Shown: positions 49,452-58,900 of the stretch, piece after piece
Layout of the letters: each line of letters begins with the position of its first letter
Position numbering within the stretch: the stretch's first letter is position 1
Source of the DNA: a bacterium
GTDB lineage: Bacteria > Auribacterota > JABMQX01
NCBI GenBank assembly: GCA_030691545.1
Contig: JAUYEE010000291.1
Span: 147-64,146, forward strand
Reading direction: 5' to 3'
DNA length: 64,000 nucleotides
The notes under the pieces: model-generated
What the model was told of the DNA's origin: nothing
The model's input: only the letters and a program-made list of their open reading frames with translations
The model's database searches: none
Position numbers and translations under genes: made by a program

Positions 49452-52415
49452 ATGAAGCGTCTGTACGTATTGCTCGCAGTCGTGTCTTTGACATCGGCGG
49501 GGTGGGTTCTGCCGTCTTTCGCCGTCAGCGACATTGAGCCCCAGGCAATCAGTCCTTCGCAGATCGTGGAGGACGAGCCGAGCCTCGCGGAGGCTCGCCT
49601 CCCTTCCCTTCTCATCAGAGCCAAATACCTATCAAGCTCCGGGGAGATCGAGAAGGCCGAGCAGGCCTATCGCGAGATTATCAAGGAGTTTCCGGAGTCC
49701 GCCTATGCCCACTACCAGTTGGCTTCGCTGCTCCTCGGGGCGGACGAGATAGATGCCCGGATCGAGCATCTCGAGAAGGCCATCGAGTTGGACCCCCAAC
49801 TGAAGGACGCCTACGATTTGCTCGGCCTGGCCTACCGGATCAAGGGCGACAACGACAAGGCCATCGCCATCTACAGGAAGGGCGTCGAGAACGTCAAGGA
49901 CAACCTTTCGTTCTATGCCAACTTAGCCGGCGCCTACGGTGAGTTGAGGCGACCCGAGGAGGCGGAAAAGGTCTTGTTAGAAGCCTGCGAGCGCCATTCC
50001 AGCTCCCCCGACGCATGGTTCAAGCTGGTCGAATTCTACGTCGGCAGCCGCCAGCCGGAGAAAGCGGACCAGGCCATAGAACGGGCTCTGAAAGAGACGA
50101 GAAACAGCCTCACATTTCTCCGGAGCGTCTGGAGCCTCTATCTCCGGTGGGATGAAGAGAAGGCACTCGCCCTTCTCAACAGGATGCTCGAGCTCTATCC
50201 GCAGTCCCCGCAGATGTGGCTTCAGTTGGTCCACTACTACCTCACCCATGGACAAAAGGACAAAGCCACGGAAGCCACTCGGAAAGCCACTGGGCATCTT
50301 CGGTTTGACGAGGACTTCTTCACAAGCCTTGCCATGGTGTACGTCAACGGGGGGGACCTTTTGGGGGCCATCTCCGTTCTCACGGAAGCCACGACGTATC
50401 ATTCGCAGTCGGTGGAGGTCTGGAGAGCCCTTGCTCACCTCTACGCCCAGAAAGGAGACAGACAGAAATCCAGAGAGTGTTACGAACAAATCCTTTCTCT
50501 GGAAGCAGGAAGAGTCCAGGAGAGGGTGCTGCTGGCTCGCTCGTATGTTGCTGACAAAGATTACCAACGGGCGATTGAGGAGTTCCAGAAAGCCATTCAG
50601 CTTCACCCCGGCGACATCAGGCTGAAAGCGGATTTGGCGAACACGTATCTCGCCGCCGGAGACTTCGACAAAGGAGAGAAGGTTTACCTGGACCTCATAA
50701 AACAGCGTCCTGACAACTCCGACATTACCCTTCTCCTCGCCAATTACTATTACAAAGCCGGTCGCACCGAGCAAATGCAAAAGACGATTGAGGGAGCCGT
50801 CCAGTCAGAGACGGACCCCGCCAAGCAGGCAAGGATTTACTCTATCATGGGACAGGCGGCCATCGAGAAAGGTGATATGGCTGCTGCAATTCAGCTTCTC
50901 CAGGAGGCCGCCAAAAGACAGCCCGACGACTCGCTTCATGCCTACGCCCTTGCTCGGGCTTACTTGATCTCGGGAGACAGGGAAAAAGCTGTGGAGCACC
51001 TTTCCGCCGCAATCAAGAAAGCCCCCTCTCCGAACCCCGACTGGCTGCTCACCCTCGGGGAGACGTACAGGGCCCTTGGCAAAAAGGACGAAGCCAACGA
51101 GAGCTTCAGCAACGCCATCGCCGTTCTTCAGCAGCAGTGCGAGAGCCAGCCAAAGAATTGGATGCTGCGGTTCCAGCTCGGTCAGGCCTACGAAAAAGCC
51201 GACAACGACTATCTTGCCTCCGAGGCGTATGCGGAAACTGTGAAGCTCCAGCCGGACAATGGCGACCTTCGCTACAAACTCGCGACCGTTTACAGCGGAC
51301 TGCACCAACACGACAACGCCCGGAAGCAACTTGAGGACGCGATCAAACTGGAATCCCCGAAGGTCGAGTGGTTTCTCCTCCTCGGGGAGGTTTACCGCAC
51401 ACTGACGAAGCGAACCGAGGCGGCTCAGGCGTTTCAGAGAGCTATTGACATGGTTCAAGAAGAGACCAACGAGAATCCGCACGGCTACCGCGTCTGGGCA
51501 GCGCTCGGTGAAGTCTATACACGCAGCCACGAATATGAGCAGGCTGTCGAGGCTCTGCGTAAAGCCGTGGACCTCGCTGGCGAGGAAGCGAATTTCCCCT
51601 TGTACGTTGCGCTGGCGAGGGCGCTCAGCGCTGCTGGCAACATCAAGGCTGCCGACGAGCAGTACCGCAAAGCTGCTGAGGATCTCGAGAGAGTTGCCGC
51701 GGAGCATCCGAACGATTCCGAGACGTATCTGCGTCTCGGGCTGGTTTGCCAGAACATGCGCGATTATGTGAAAGCATCCGAGGCTTTCGCCAAAGGGATC
51801 GAGTTAGCGGGGGGAAATGCCTTGTACACGTCTTACGTTGCCCTCGCGGATTCTCTCGAAAGGAGCGGCGAAAAGGAAGAAGGGCGCGCACAGTACGAAA
51901 AAGCCTATTCCCTGCTTCTTGAGCGAGTGAGCACTCACCCCAAAGACGTCTTCGCTCACTATATGCTCGGCAACGTCTGCGACAGACTCGACAAAGTGGA
52001 CGGGTGCGAGAAGAATTACAAAACCGCAGCCGAGCTTGACCCGTATTTTGCCGCCGCGTACAACAACCTCGCCTACACCTATATTGTTCGGGACATGAAA
52101 GCCGAAGAGGCGATGAAGCTCGTCCAGAAGGCCCTCGAACTGGAGCCGGACAACGGAGCCTACGTGGATACCCTCGCCTGGGGGTACTTCAAGCAGGGCA
52201 AACTGGACGAGGCTCTCACGGAACTCCTTCGCGCCCTGAAGCTGGACAACAGCGACTCTACGATTTACGACCACATCGGAGACGTGTACAAAGCCAAGAC
52301 CATGGTTAAGGAAGCCCTCGAGTACTGGCAGAAGGCTTTGGACATGAATCCGAACGACAACAAAATCAAGCAGAAGATCGAGGAGAACCGGAAGTCCCTT
52401 CCCCCCGCGGAATGA
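49452..52415 (+). CDS. Exported tetratricopeptide repeat protein
   Basis: Signal peptide and many TPRs. C-terminal 'AYNNLAY...PDNGAYVDTLAWGYFKQG...IYDHIGDVY'. Confidence 0.9.
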   Translation: MKRLYVLLAVVSLTSAGWVLPSFAVSDIEPQAISPSQIVEDEPSLAEARLPSLLIRAKYLSSSGEIEKAEQAYREIIKEFPESAYAHYQLASLLLGADEIDARIEHLEKAIELDPQLKDAYDLLGLAYRIKGDNDKAIAIYRKGVENVKDNLSFYANLAGAYGELRRPEEAEKVLLEACERHSSSPDAWFKLVEFYVGSRQPEKADQAIERALKETRNSLTFLRSVWSLYLRWDEEKALALLNRMLELYPQSPQMWLQLVHYYLTHGQKDKATEATRKATGHLRFDEDFFTSLAMVYVNGGDLLGAISVLTEATTYHSQSVEVWRALAHLYAQKGDRQKSRECYEQILSLEAGRVQERVLLARSYVADKDYQRAIEEFQKAIQLHPGDIRLKADLANTYLAAGDFDKGEKVYLDLIKQRPDNSDITLLLANYYYKAGRTEQMQKTIEGAVQSETDPAKQARIYSIMGQAAIEKGDMAAAIQLLQEAAKRQPDDSLHAYALARAYLISGDREKAVEHLSAAIKKAPSPNPDWLLTLGETYRALGKKDEANESFSNAIAVLQQQCESQPKNWMLRFQLGQAYEKADNDYLASEAYAETVKLQPDNGDLRYKLATVYSGLHQHDNARKQLEDAIKLESPKVEWFLLLGEVYRTLTKRTEAAQAFQRAIDMVQEETNENPHGYRVWAALGEVYTRSHEYEQAVEALRKAVDLAGEEANFPLYVALARALSAAGNIKAADEQYRKAAEDLERVAAEHPNDSETYLRLGLVCQNMRDYVKASEAFAKGIELAGGNALYTSYVALADSLERSGEKEEGRAQYEKAYSLLLERVSTHPKDVFAHYMLGNVCDRLDKVDGCEKNYKTAAELDPYFAAAYNNLAYTYIVRDMKAEEAMKLVQKALELEPDNGAYVDTLAWGYFKQGKLDEALTELLRALKLDNSDSTIYDHIGDVYKAKTMVKEALEYWQKALDMNPNDNKIKQKIEENRKSLPPAE

Positions 52416-52461
52416 CATGTTCGCCACCTGAGTACGTTGTTCACCTGAGTTCATGATGAAA

Positions 52462-52524
52462 CCTCTCTCCGCGTCCTCTGCGGTTAAATCCAATCCGCAA
52501 TCGGGACTCGCCAATCCGCAATCG
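52462..52524 (+). repeat. Short dispersed repeats upstream of mnmG
   Basis: CTCCGCGTCCTCTGCGGT (9-nt period) followed by two CCAATCCGCAATCG units. Related motifs at 1875-1960 and 54374-54432. Confidence 0.55.
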
Positions 52525-52527
52525 CTC

Positions 52528-54345
52528 ATGTTTGACTACCCGAAACAATACGATGTCATCGTAGCTGGCGGCGGGCATGCCGGGTGCGAGGCGGCTCTAA
52601 CCTGTGCTCGGATGGGCATGTCCACTCTCCTTCTCACCATCAATCTGGACACAATCGCCCAGATGTCCTGCAACCCCGCCATCGGGGGATTGGCCAAGGG
52701 GCATCTCGTCCGGGAGATAGACGCTCTCGGCGGAGAAATGGCGCGGGTCACCGACCGGACAACCATCAACTTTCGCATGCTCAATACACGCAAGGGCCCG
52801 GCAGTTCGGGCGCCCCGCGCGCAATGCGATAAGAAAGCCTATCAGTTCGCCTTCAAGCAAGTCCTTGAAAGACAACCGAACCTCGACGTCAAACAGGCCC
52901 TCGTTACCGGGATTCTGACGGAGAATCAAAGGACAACAGGCGTCACGACGAGCACCGATGTCCGCTACTTCGCAAAAGCCGTGATTCTTTGCGCCGGCAC
53001 CTTCCTGAACGGCGTGATTCACATCGGGCTGGAATCGTTTCCCGCGGGCAGAGCGGGCGAGTTGCCTTCCGTAGAACTTTCGGAGAACCTCCGTTCGCTC
53101 GGTTTCGCGATTGGCAGGCTCAAAACCGGCACGCCGCCGCGGCTCAACGCCCGGACGATTGACTTCTCACGCGTCGTCGAACATCCGCCGGACCCGCAAC
53201 CTGGCCGGTTCTCTCACACCGACGCCGGTGCCCCCCTCGGCAGAATTCCCTGCTACATCACGTACACAAATCAGCGAACCGCGGAAGTCATCCGAAAGAA
53301 CCTCGACCGCTCCCCCCTCTTCAGCGGGAAGATTAAGGGCACGGGTGTTCGCTATTGCCCCTCGATCGAAGACAAGGTCGTCCGCTTCCCCGAAAAGGAA
53401 TCGCACCACATTTTCCTCGAACCGGAGGGACTCAACACCGAGGAAATCTACGTCAACGGCGCCTCGACGAGCCTCCCCTACGACGTGCAGATTGAGATCA
53501 TTCGTTCCATCCGTGGTCTTGAGGACGCCGAGATTATGCGCCCAGGGTACGCCATCGAATACGATTTCGCCTTTCCCACACAAATCAAGGCCACTTTAGA
53601 GACAAAGGCTGTTGAGGGGCTTTACTTCGCCGGGCAAATCAACGGCACTTCCGGCTATGAGGAAGCGGCTGCCCAGGGCTTGATGGCGGGAATCAACGCG
53701 GCTCTGAAGCTACGGGGCGAGCCGCCGTTCTTTCTCGACAGGTCTGAGGCTTATATTGGCGTCCTGGTTGATGACCTCGTTACCAGGGGCACACAGGAGC
53801 CCTACCGCATGTTCACCTCCCGCGCGGAGTACCGGCTTCTCCTTCGGCAAGACAACGCGGACCTCCGCCTCACGCGACACGGATACCGCTTTGGCCTCGT
53901 GCAGGAAGATTTCTTTCGCTCGGTCGAGGAGAAAAGGGCTGCGATTGACTCGGAGCTGAAGCGTCTGCCGACGGTCCATGACGGCGCCAGTTCCCTCTTC
54001 CAGCTCCTCAAGCGACCGGAAATCACCTACGCCGACCTCAAATCTCGGTTCCCCGATAAGGTTCGTTCGCTGCCCGAGGATACCGAGAAACAGATTGAGC
54101 TGGAGGCCAAGTACGACGGGTACATCAACCGCCAGCGACAGCAAATCGAACGATTCCAGAAAATGGAGAGCCAGACGCTCCCCTCCTCCATGGACTACTC
54201 CGCCGTCAAAGGCCTCCGCCGCGAGGCGGTCGAGAAACTCACCCAGGTCCAACCGCGCTCCATCGGGCAGGCCTCTCGCATCTCCGGCGTCTCCCCGGCG
54301 GATGTCTCTGTATTGATAGTCTGGCTGAAAAAGAGTCGCCTCTGA
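52528..54345 (+). CDS. mnmG: tRNA uridine-5-carboxymethylaminomethyl(34) synthesis enzyme MnmG
   Basis: 'YDVIVAGGGHAGCEAA', 'MSCNPAIGGLAKG', 'RYCPSIEDK', 'AGQINGTSGYEEAAAQG', 'EPYRMFTSRAEYRL'. Confidence 0.98.
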   Translation: MFDYPKQYDVIVAGGGHAGCEAALTCARMGMSTLLLTINLDTIAQMSCNPAIGGLAKGHLVREIDALGGEMARVTDRTTINFRMLNTRKGPAVRAPRAQCDKKAYQFAFKQVLERQPNLDVKQALVTGILTENQRTTGVTTSTDVRYFAKAVILCAGTFLNGVIHIGLESFPAGRAGELPSVELSENLRSLGFAIGRLKTGTPPRLNARTIDFSRVVEHPPDPQPGRFSHTDAGAPLGRIPCYITYTNQRTAEVIRKNLDRSPLFSGKIKGTGVRYCPSIEDKVVRFPEKESHHIFLEPEGLNTEEIYVNGASTSLPYDVQIEIIRSIRGLEDAEIMRPGYAIEYDFAFPTQIKATLETKAVEGLYFAGQINGTSGYEEAAAQGLMAGINAALKLRGEPPFFLDRSEAYIGVLVDDLVTRGTQEPYRMFTSRAEYRLLLRQDNADLRLTRHGYRFGLVQEDFFRSVEEKRAAIDSELKRLPTVHDGASSLFQLLKRPEITYADLKSRFPDKVRSLPEDTEKQIELEAKYDGYINRQRQQIERFQKMESQTLPSSMDYSAVKGLRREAVEKLTQVQPRSIGQASRISGVSPADVSVLIVWLKKSRL

Positions 54346-54439
54346 ACGCGCACGGTGGCCGCGCGCCTCTCCCAAATGCGCAATCGGAAATTGGAATCCC
54401 CCCTTCGTGCTCTTTGTGTTCTTCGTGGTGAGATTCTTC

Positions 54440-55987
54440 CTACGGATTCTCAAGGAGGCGGTAGAAGCGCTTGGGGGCGAGGAGAGGAGGTAGGCCGGTG
54501 AGGGAGCCGTCGTCGAGCCAGGAGGTGGTTTGATTGCCGGAGGAGGGGAAGTTCTCGATGGCAAGATCCCAATTGAGCAGGTCGTCGGTGTAGAAGATGG
54601 AGTAGGTCTTATTAGCGAGGGAGCTCCAGGTGAAGATGGTTTCATCCGTGCCCGGGACAGGATCGAGCTTGTTGATGTAGAACTCGTAGGCGCCCATGTC
54701 CACAGTGAAGCTCTTTCCGCCGAACATGACTCTGTGCATCCCGACAATGTCAGACTCCGGCAAGTCTGGATCATTAAATCCCGCATCAATGCACGGCGAA
54801 TCCGCCCTCAGCCGAAAATCCCCCTTCTCTTCATCCACAAACCTCGGGTCCTCACTGATATTCCCCTCCCCTCCCCCCGTCCAATCCTGAATGCAGGAAT
54901 ACGCTGGGACGCTCGAGTCGTAAACCTGTACGGCGCCCTTGCGCAGGTTCCCCCAGACGATGCAGTTGCGGATGGTCCCCTCGCAGTACGCCAGGCCGCC
55001 CCCCAGGTAAACTCCGTTGTTGGCACTTACCGTGTTGTTCTCGATGGTGCCCTGGCAAGCGAACAGGCCGGCCCCGTCGCCCGCGCGGTTGCTCGCGATT
55101 ATGTTATTTCGGATAATCCCGCTGCACGAGTGCAGGCCGCCCCCTTCGCCGTCAACACGGTTATTGCAGATAAGATTGCGCTCAATCGTGCCATCGCAGT
55201 AAGCAAGGCCGCCTCCCTGCCCCGGGTAGTAGTAGGGGTCGGGTCCCCCAGACGCCGCATCGACAAAGTTCCCAGCGATGATGTTGTTACGGATCGTCCC
55301 ATCGCAGTCGTACAGGCCCCCTCCGTAGCCCTCTGAGAGGGTACCGTAGCCAGCAAAGTTTCCGATGATGGTGTTGTTCTGGACCAGGCCGTGGCATTGG
55401 GCGATGCCGCCGCCCGCGGACCAATGCTCGTTGCCAGTGATGATGTTGTTTTCGATCGTGGCGTGCGTCCCATGACCCCGAATTCCGGCACCCGCATAAA
55501 TGTGGTTCCTGCTGTCGCCCCCGCGAATGGTGAAACCCCGCAGGACGCACATCTCGGTCTCTGCGCCTGAGAAGGTGACCACAGGCCCAAAGCCGCCAGC
55601 CTCGAGTACCGTGTTTTGCACGACGACAGGATCAGCGGGCTCCGTCGCGCGCAGAAGAATGTTTTCACTACTGAAGCTAATCCTCTCGGGATATACACCC
55701 TCAGCCACGATCACAGTGTCCCCATCGGAGGCAGCGTCAATTCCCTCCTGTATCTTCAGAAGGGCGGTCTCCCAGGACCTGCCGTCCCCCGGTTCTGCCA
55801 GCGAACCGTCCACGTACCATGTCGCCGCGTACGCGGAGGGGAGGAACCCCGTTATAAACGACAAAGCGGAGATGATGGCCCAGCCCGCTCTTGGTTGTCT
55901 GCGCACGGCCGCAGCGCGGTGTTGACTACTGTTCTGAGCAACGAAGTGACGCAATGTAAACGAGCCTGGGCTTGTCTGCACTGTCAT
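54440..55987 (-). CDS. Secreted right-handed beta-helix protein with C-terminal RFYR domain
   Basis: 'ATWYVDGS...GDGRSWETA', repeated GGGL..C.G.I.NN units, 'SPCIDAG', 'DMGAYE'. Start is either ATG 55987 (GGAGGTG RBS) or GTG 55906. Confidence 0.85.
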   Translation of the reverse strand: MTVQTSPGSFTLRHFVAQNSSQHRAAAVRRQPRAGWAIISALSFITGFLPSAYAATWYVDGSLAEPGDGRSWETALLKIQEGIDAASDGDTVIVAEGVYPERISFSSENILLRATEPADPVVVQNTVLEAGGFGPVVTFSGAETEMCVLRGFTIRGGDSRNHIYAGAGIRGHGTHATIENNIITGNEHWSAGGGIAQCHGLVQNNTIIGNFAGYGTLSEGYGGGLYDCDGTIRNNIIAGNFVDAASGGPDPYYYPGQGGGLAYCDGTIERNLICNNRVDGEGGGLHSCSGIIRNNIIASNRAGDGAGLFACQGTIENNTVSANNGVYLGGGLAYCEGTIRNCIVWGNLRKGAVQVYDSSVPAYSCIQDWTGGGEGNISEDPRFVDEEKGDFRLRADSPCIDAGFNDPDLPESDIVGMHRVMFGGKSFTVDMGAYEFYINKLDPVPGTDETIFTWSSLANKTYSIFYTDDLLNWDLAIENFPSSGNQTTSWLDDGSLTGLPPLLAPKRFYRLLENP

Positions 55988-58900
55988 TGGCTTTCACCTC
56001 CACGCCGACCTTCCAGGGCAGGGCGGTCTTGTCGGCGGGAACAGAAAAGGTGCCCCAGACATAGGCGGCCTGACAATCATTTTTGTTTGGAATATCGACT
56101 TCCGTAATGACGTAGTTCTCCCAGCTCACAATCCCGACCTGGTTGGCTGATTGGCCGGTGTAGGCAGCGTAGGGCAGAACGTCTGCGATCCCTACCGGGT
56201 CGCCGTCGGTGTAAGCCAGGAACTCGATCTTGTGGCTCCCCTGGGATAGAATCGTAGTCTGGTAGGCCTGCTTCGGCTGGCCCTGAGGATAAGGGGAGCC
56301 CTCGTACTTGGTGTGGTTTGTGCACTTGATGCTCTGAGCGTCGCTGCGCAAGGATGACTGGAACGTTCTGATCCATGAACCGTTGAGGTTCCATTCGAGA
56401 ACCTTGCAGCCGAGCCAGTCGGTACTGAGGAGAGTGGCGCGGGGCGTAATGTGGCTGCCCCAGCCACTCACATTCTGGGTCGGGAGCGAGCCGAGCGTTC
56501 CCCATTTCCTTACGGTCTCCTCTCCTTCGGGGAGCGAAGGGTCGTACACGATGTAGTAGTGCTCATCCGGATCGAGTTCCCCGAAGGACAGATATAGTTG
56601 GCCAGCGTGGTAGTCAACCCCGTGGGCAATCACATCCAAGTCGTGGGTTCCGTAATCCCTGTAGATCCTCCAGGCCGGGTCATTCTCGAAGGTGCCGTCG
56701 GGGCGGAACTTCTTCAGGAAGTTCTTGTCGTGGCCCGTTCCGGCGTCCACAACCCAGATATTGCCGTCGCCATCGCAGCAAATGCCCTCCAGGTTAACGA
56801 ACTGGTCATGGCCCCTGGAGCCCTCGTCCTCGCCCGTGAACTCCTCGCCCACGGACCAAAGATGCTCGTGGCCTGGCCCTCCCGGCTGGTTTGGGTAGAA
56901 CGCGAATTTCTGAATGCGATGATTCCCTCGGTCGTTCACGTACACCCATTTCGTGTCATCATTCACGTCGCGGACGGCGACGCAGATGGGAAAGTTGAAC
57001 TGGCCGTCATCGGCCCCGTCCGACCCCCACACATAACGGGATTGGAAGTCACCTTCGGCGTTGAAGACCTGAATCCTGTCGTTCGCCTCATCAACAACAT
57101 AGAGCCTGTTCTGGGCGTCGAGTGCCAGCCCCCACGGCCCGTAGAAACACCGATCCGGTCCCTCAAGCTCGGGGTCCGTTTCGTCCACCTCGAACTTCTT
57201 CCCGCCGATGGACGCGCTGATCTCACCCAACTGATTCAGCTTGGTGACCCGCGGGACCCCGAATTCGCTGACCCAGATGTTGTTTTGGCTGTCTTCAACA
57301 GCATAGACCGCGGACTGCATCTGGCCCAGCGGGAAGTTCTCATATTCCCCCATGGCGCTCGTGTTCGGCGTCACCAGCCATTCCTCTTCGGGGTGGCCCG
57401 GGTAGTAGTCGCCGTTGAGTGCCAGGCATCTGATCTCATCGGCCAACAGGACGCGCTTGTAAATGAACACGTCGGCCACGTATCCCTTGAAGTGATTCCC
57501 TTCCTGGCCGCCAACGAGGGTCGCGCCGATCAAGGCGTTGTGGTTAGAGTCGGGGACCAAACTGCCGCTGCCGGACGAACTCGCCACCTCCTCGCCGTCG
57601 TAGTAAAGCCTCAGCGGGTGAGGGGAACTGGCTCCGTCCCAGGTCATGGCAACGTGATGCCATCGCCTCTCGCTAACGGTCTTCAGAAACGGGAAGGGGG
57701 CCGAGGTCGCCTCGGCGGGGGTTGTCCATCTAATGTAGCCGTACAGGCGCGCCGTGCCATTTTGTGTGGATACGTCTGTCAGGCAAAGCCACCTGGAAGC
57801 CTCTCCGTCGTTGGCGCCCTTGAAAAAGATCGTGGGGCTGGCGCCATCCCCCTGCCCTGTAGCATAGACCCATGCAGAGATCGTTCCGCTCCCCATCTGC
57901 CCCATCTGGAGGTCAGGGGCGTTGCCAATATTCACCTTTCTGGTTGATCCATCGAATATCGCGCACTGGTTGTAGTCGTATTTGGCACGGTATGGATCCG
58001 ACCCTGTGTAGCGGTAGTAACCGTAAGTCAGGCTGCTGGCTACCCCATCCTCGTTGCCCATTTCGTCTCTGGCGTGGCCGTCGAAGGAGAAGGCGCGCAG
58101 GCAGCCGTCAGTCATGTTGTTCCAGCGAAGGGCGATGTCGGTCTGGCGGTAGCCCTGGTACAGGATGCCTTCCGGGCCGCCGATGGGGAAATGGTAGCCG
58201 ATGTCCACGGTGTTACCCTTTTCGCCTTCCGGGACGCTGCCGAAATCCGGTCGGCCATCGGAGGCCGTGGTGAAGATGTCCAGGCCGGGTTCGATGGACG
58301 TACGAGAACCCGCGTCAATCAAGGGGCAGTCCTGGTTCAGCCTGTAGCGGGCCGTCCAGTCGGGGGAGGTCGGGGCGGAATACGGAGAGGAGACGAGGTT
58401 GATGGAATTCAGGCCGGGGTCAACAGGCTGACCGGTCGTGCTGTCCCATATTCTGAGGGTGTTGCCATAAAAGGCGTTGTAGCTGTCTAAAAGGTCCCCA
58501 GACGAGCCGGAAAGGTAAATCCCTGTGCTATTATGCGTGAAGAGAGAGTCCTTCACAGTCAGGGCGCTGTATGAGCCTCTCTGGTACTCGATCCCGCGAC
58601 TGTTCCGGTCGAGCGTGCTGTTGTAAAGGGTGTAGTGACCGCGGAGGACGTAACAGCCAACGTCGTTCTCGCAAAAGAGATTGTTGTTGAACTGGTCGTC
58701 GCGCTCGTCGGCGTAAACGCCGAGGGAGCAGAGGGCAAACACGTTGTGGAACAAAGGCGTGCTCAGGGCGCCTGCGAGGTAAAGGCCCGGGTTCCCAAGC
58801 CACTGGAAGATGGTGTAGTTGACTCGGCTCGGCGCACCGAGCAGAAAGATGCGAGGGTTTGTCGCGTCGCCCCGGAAGGGAGATTCGATCTTCATAGACA

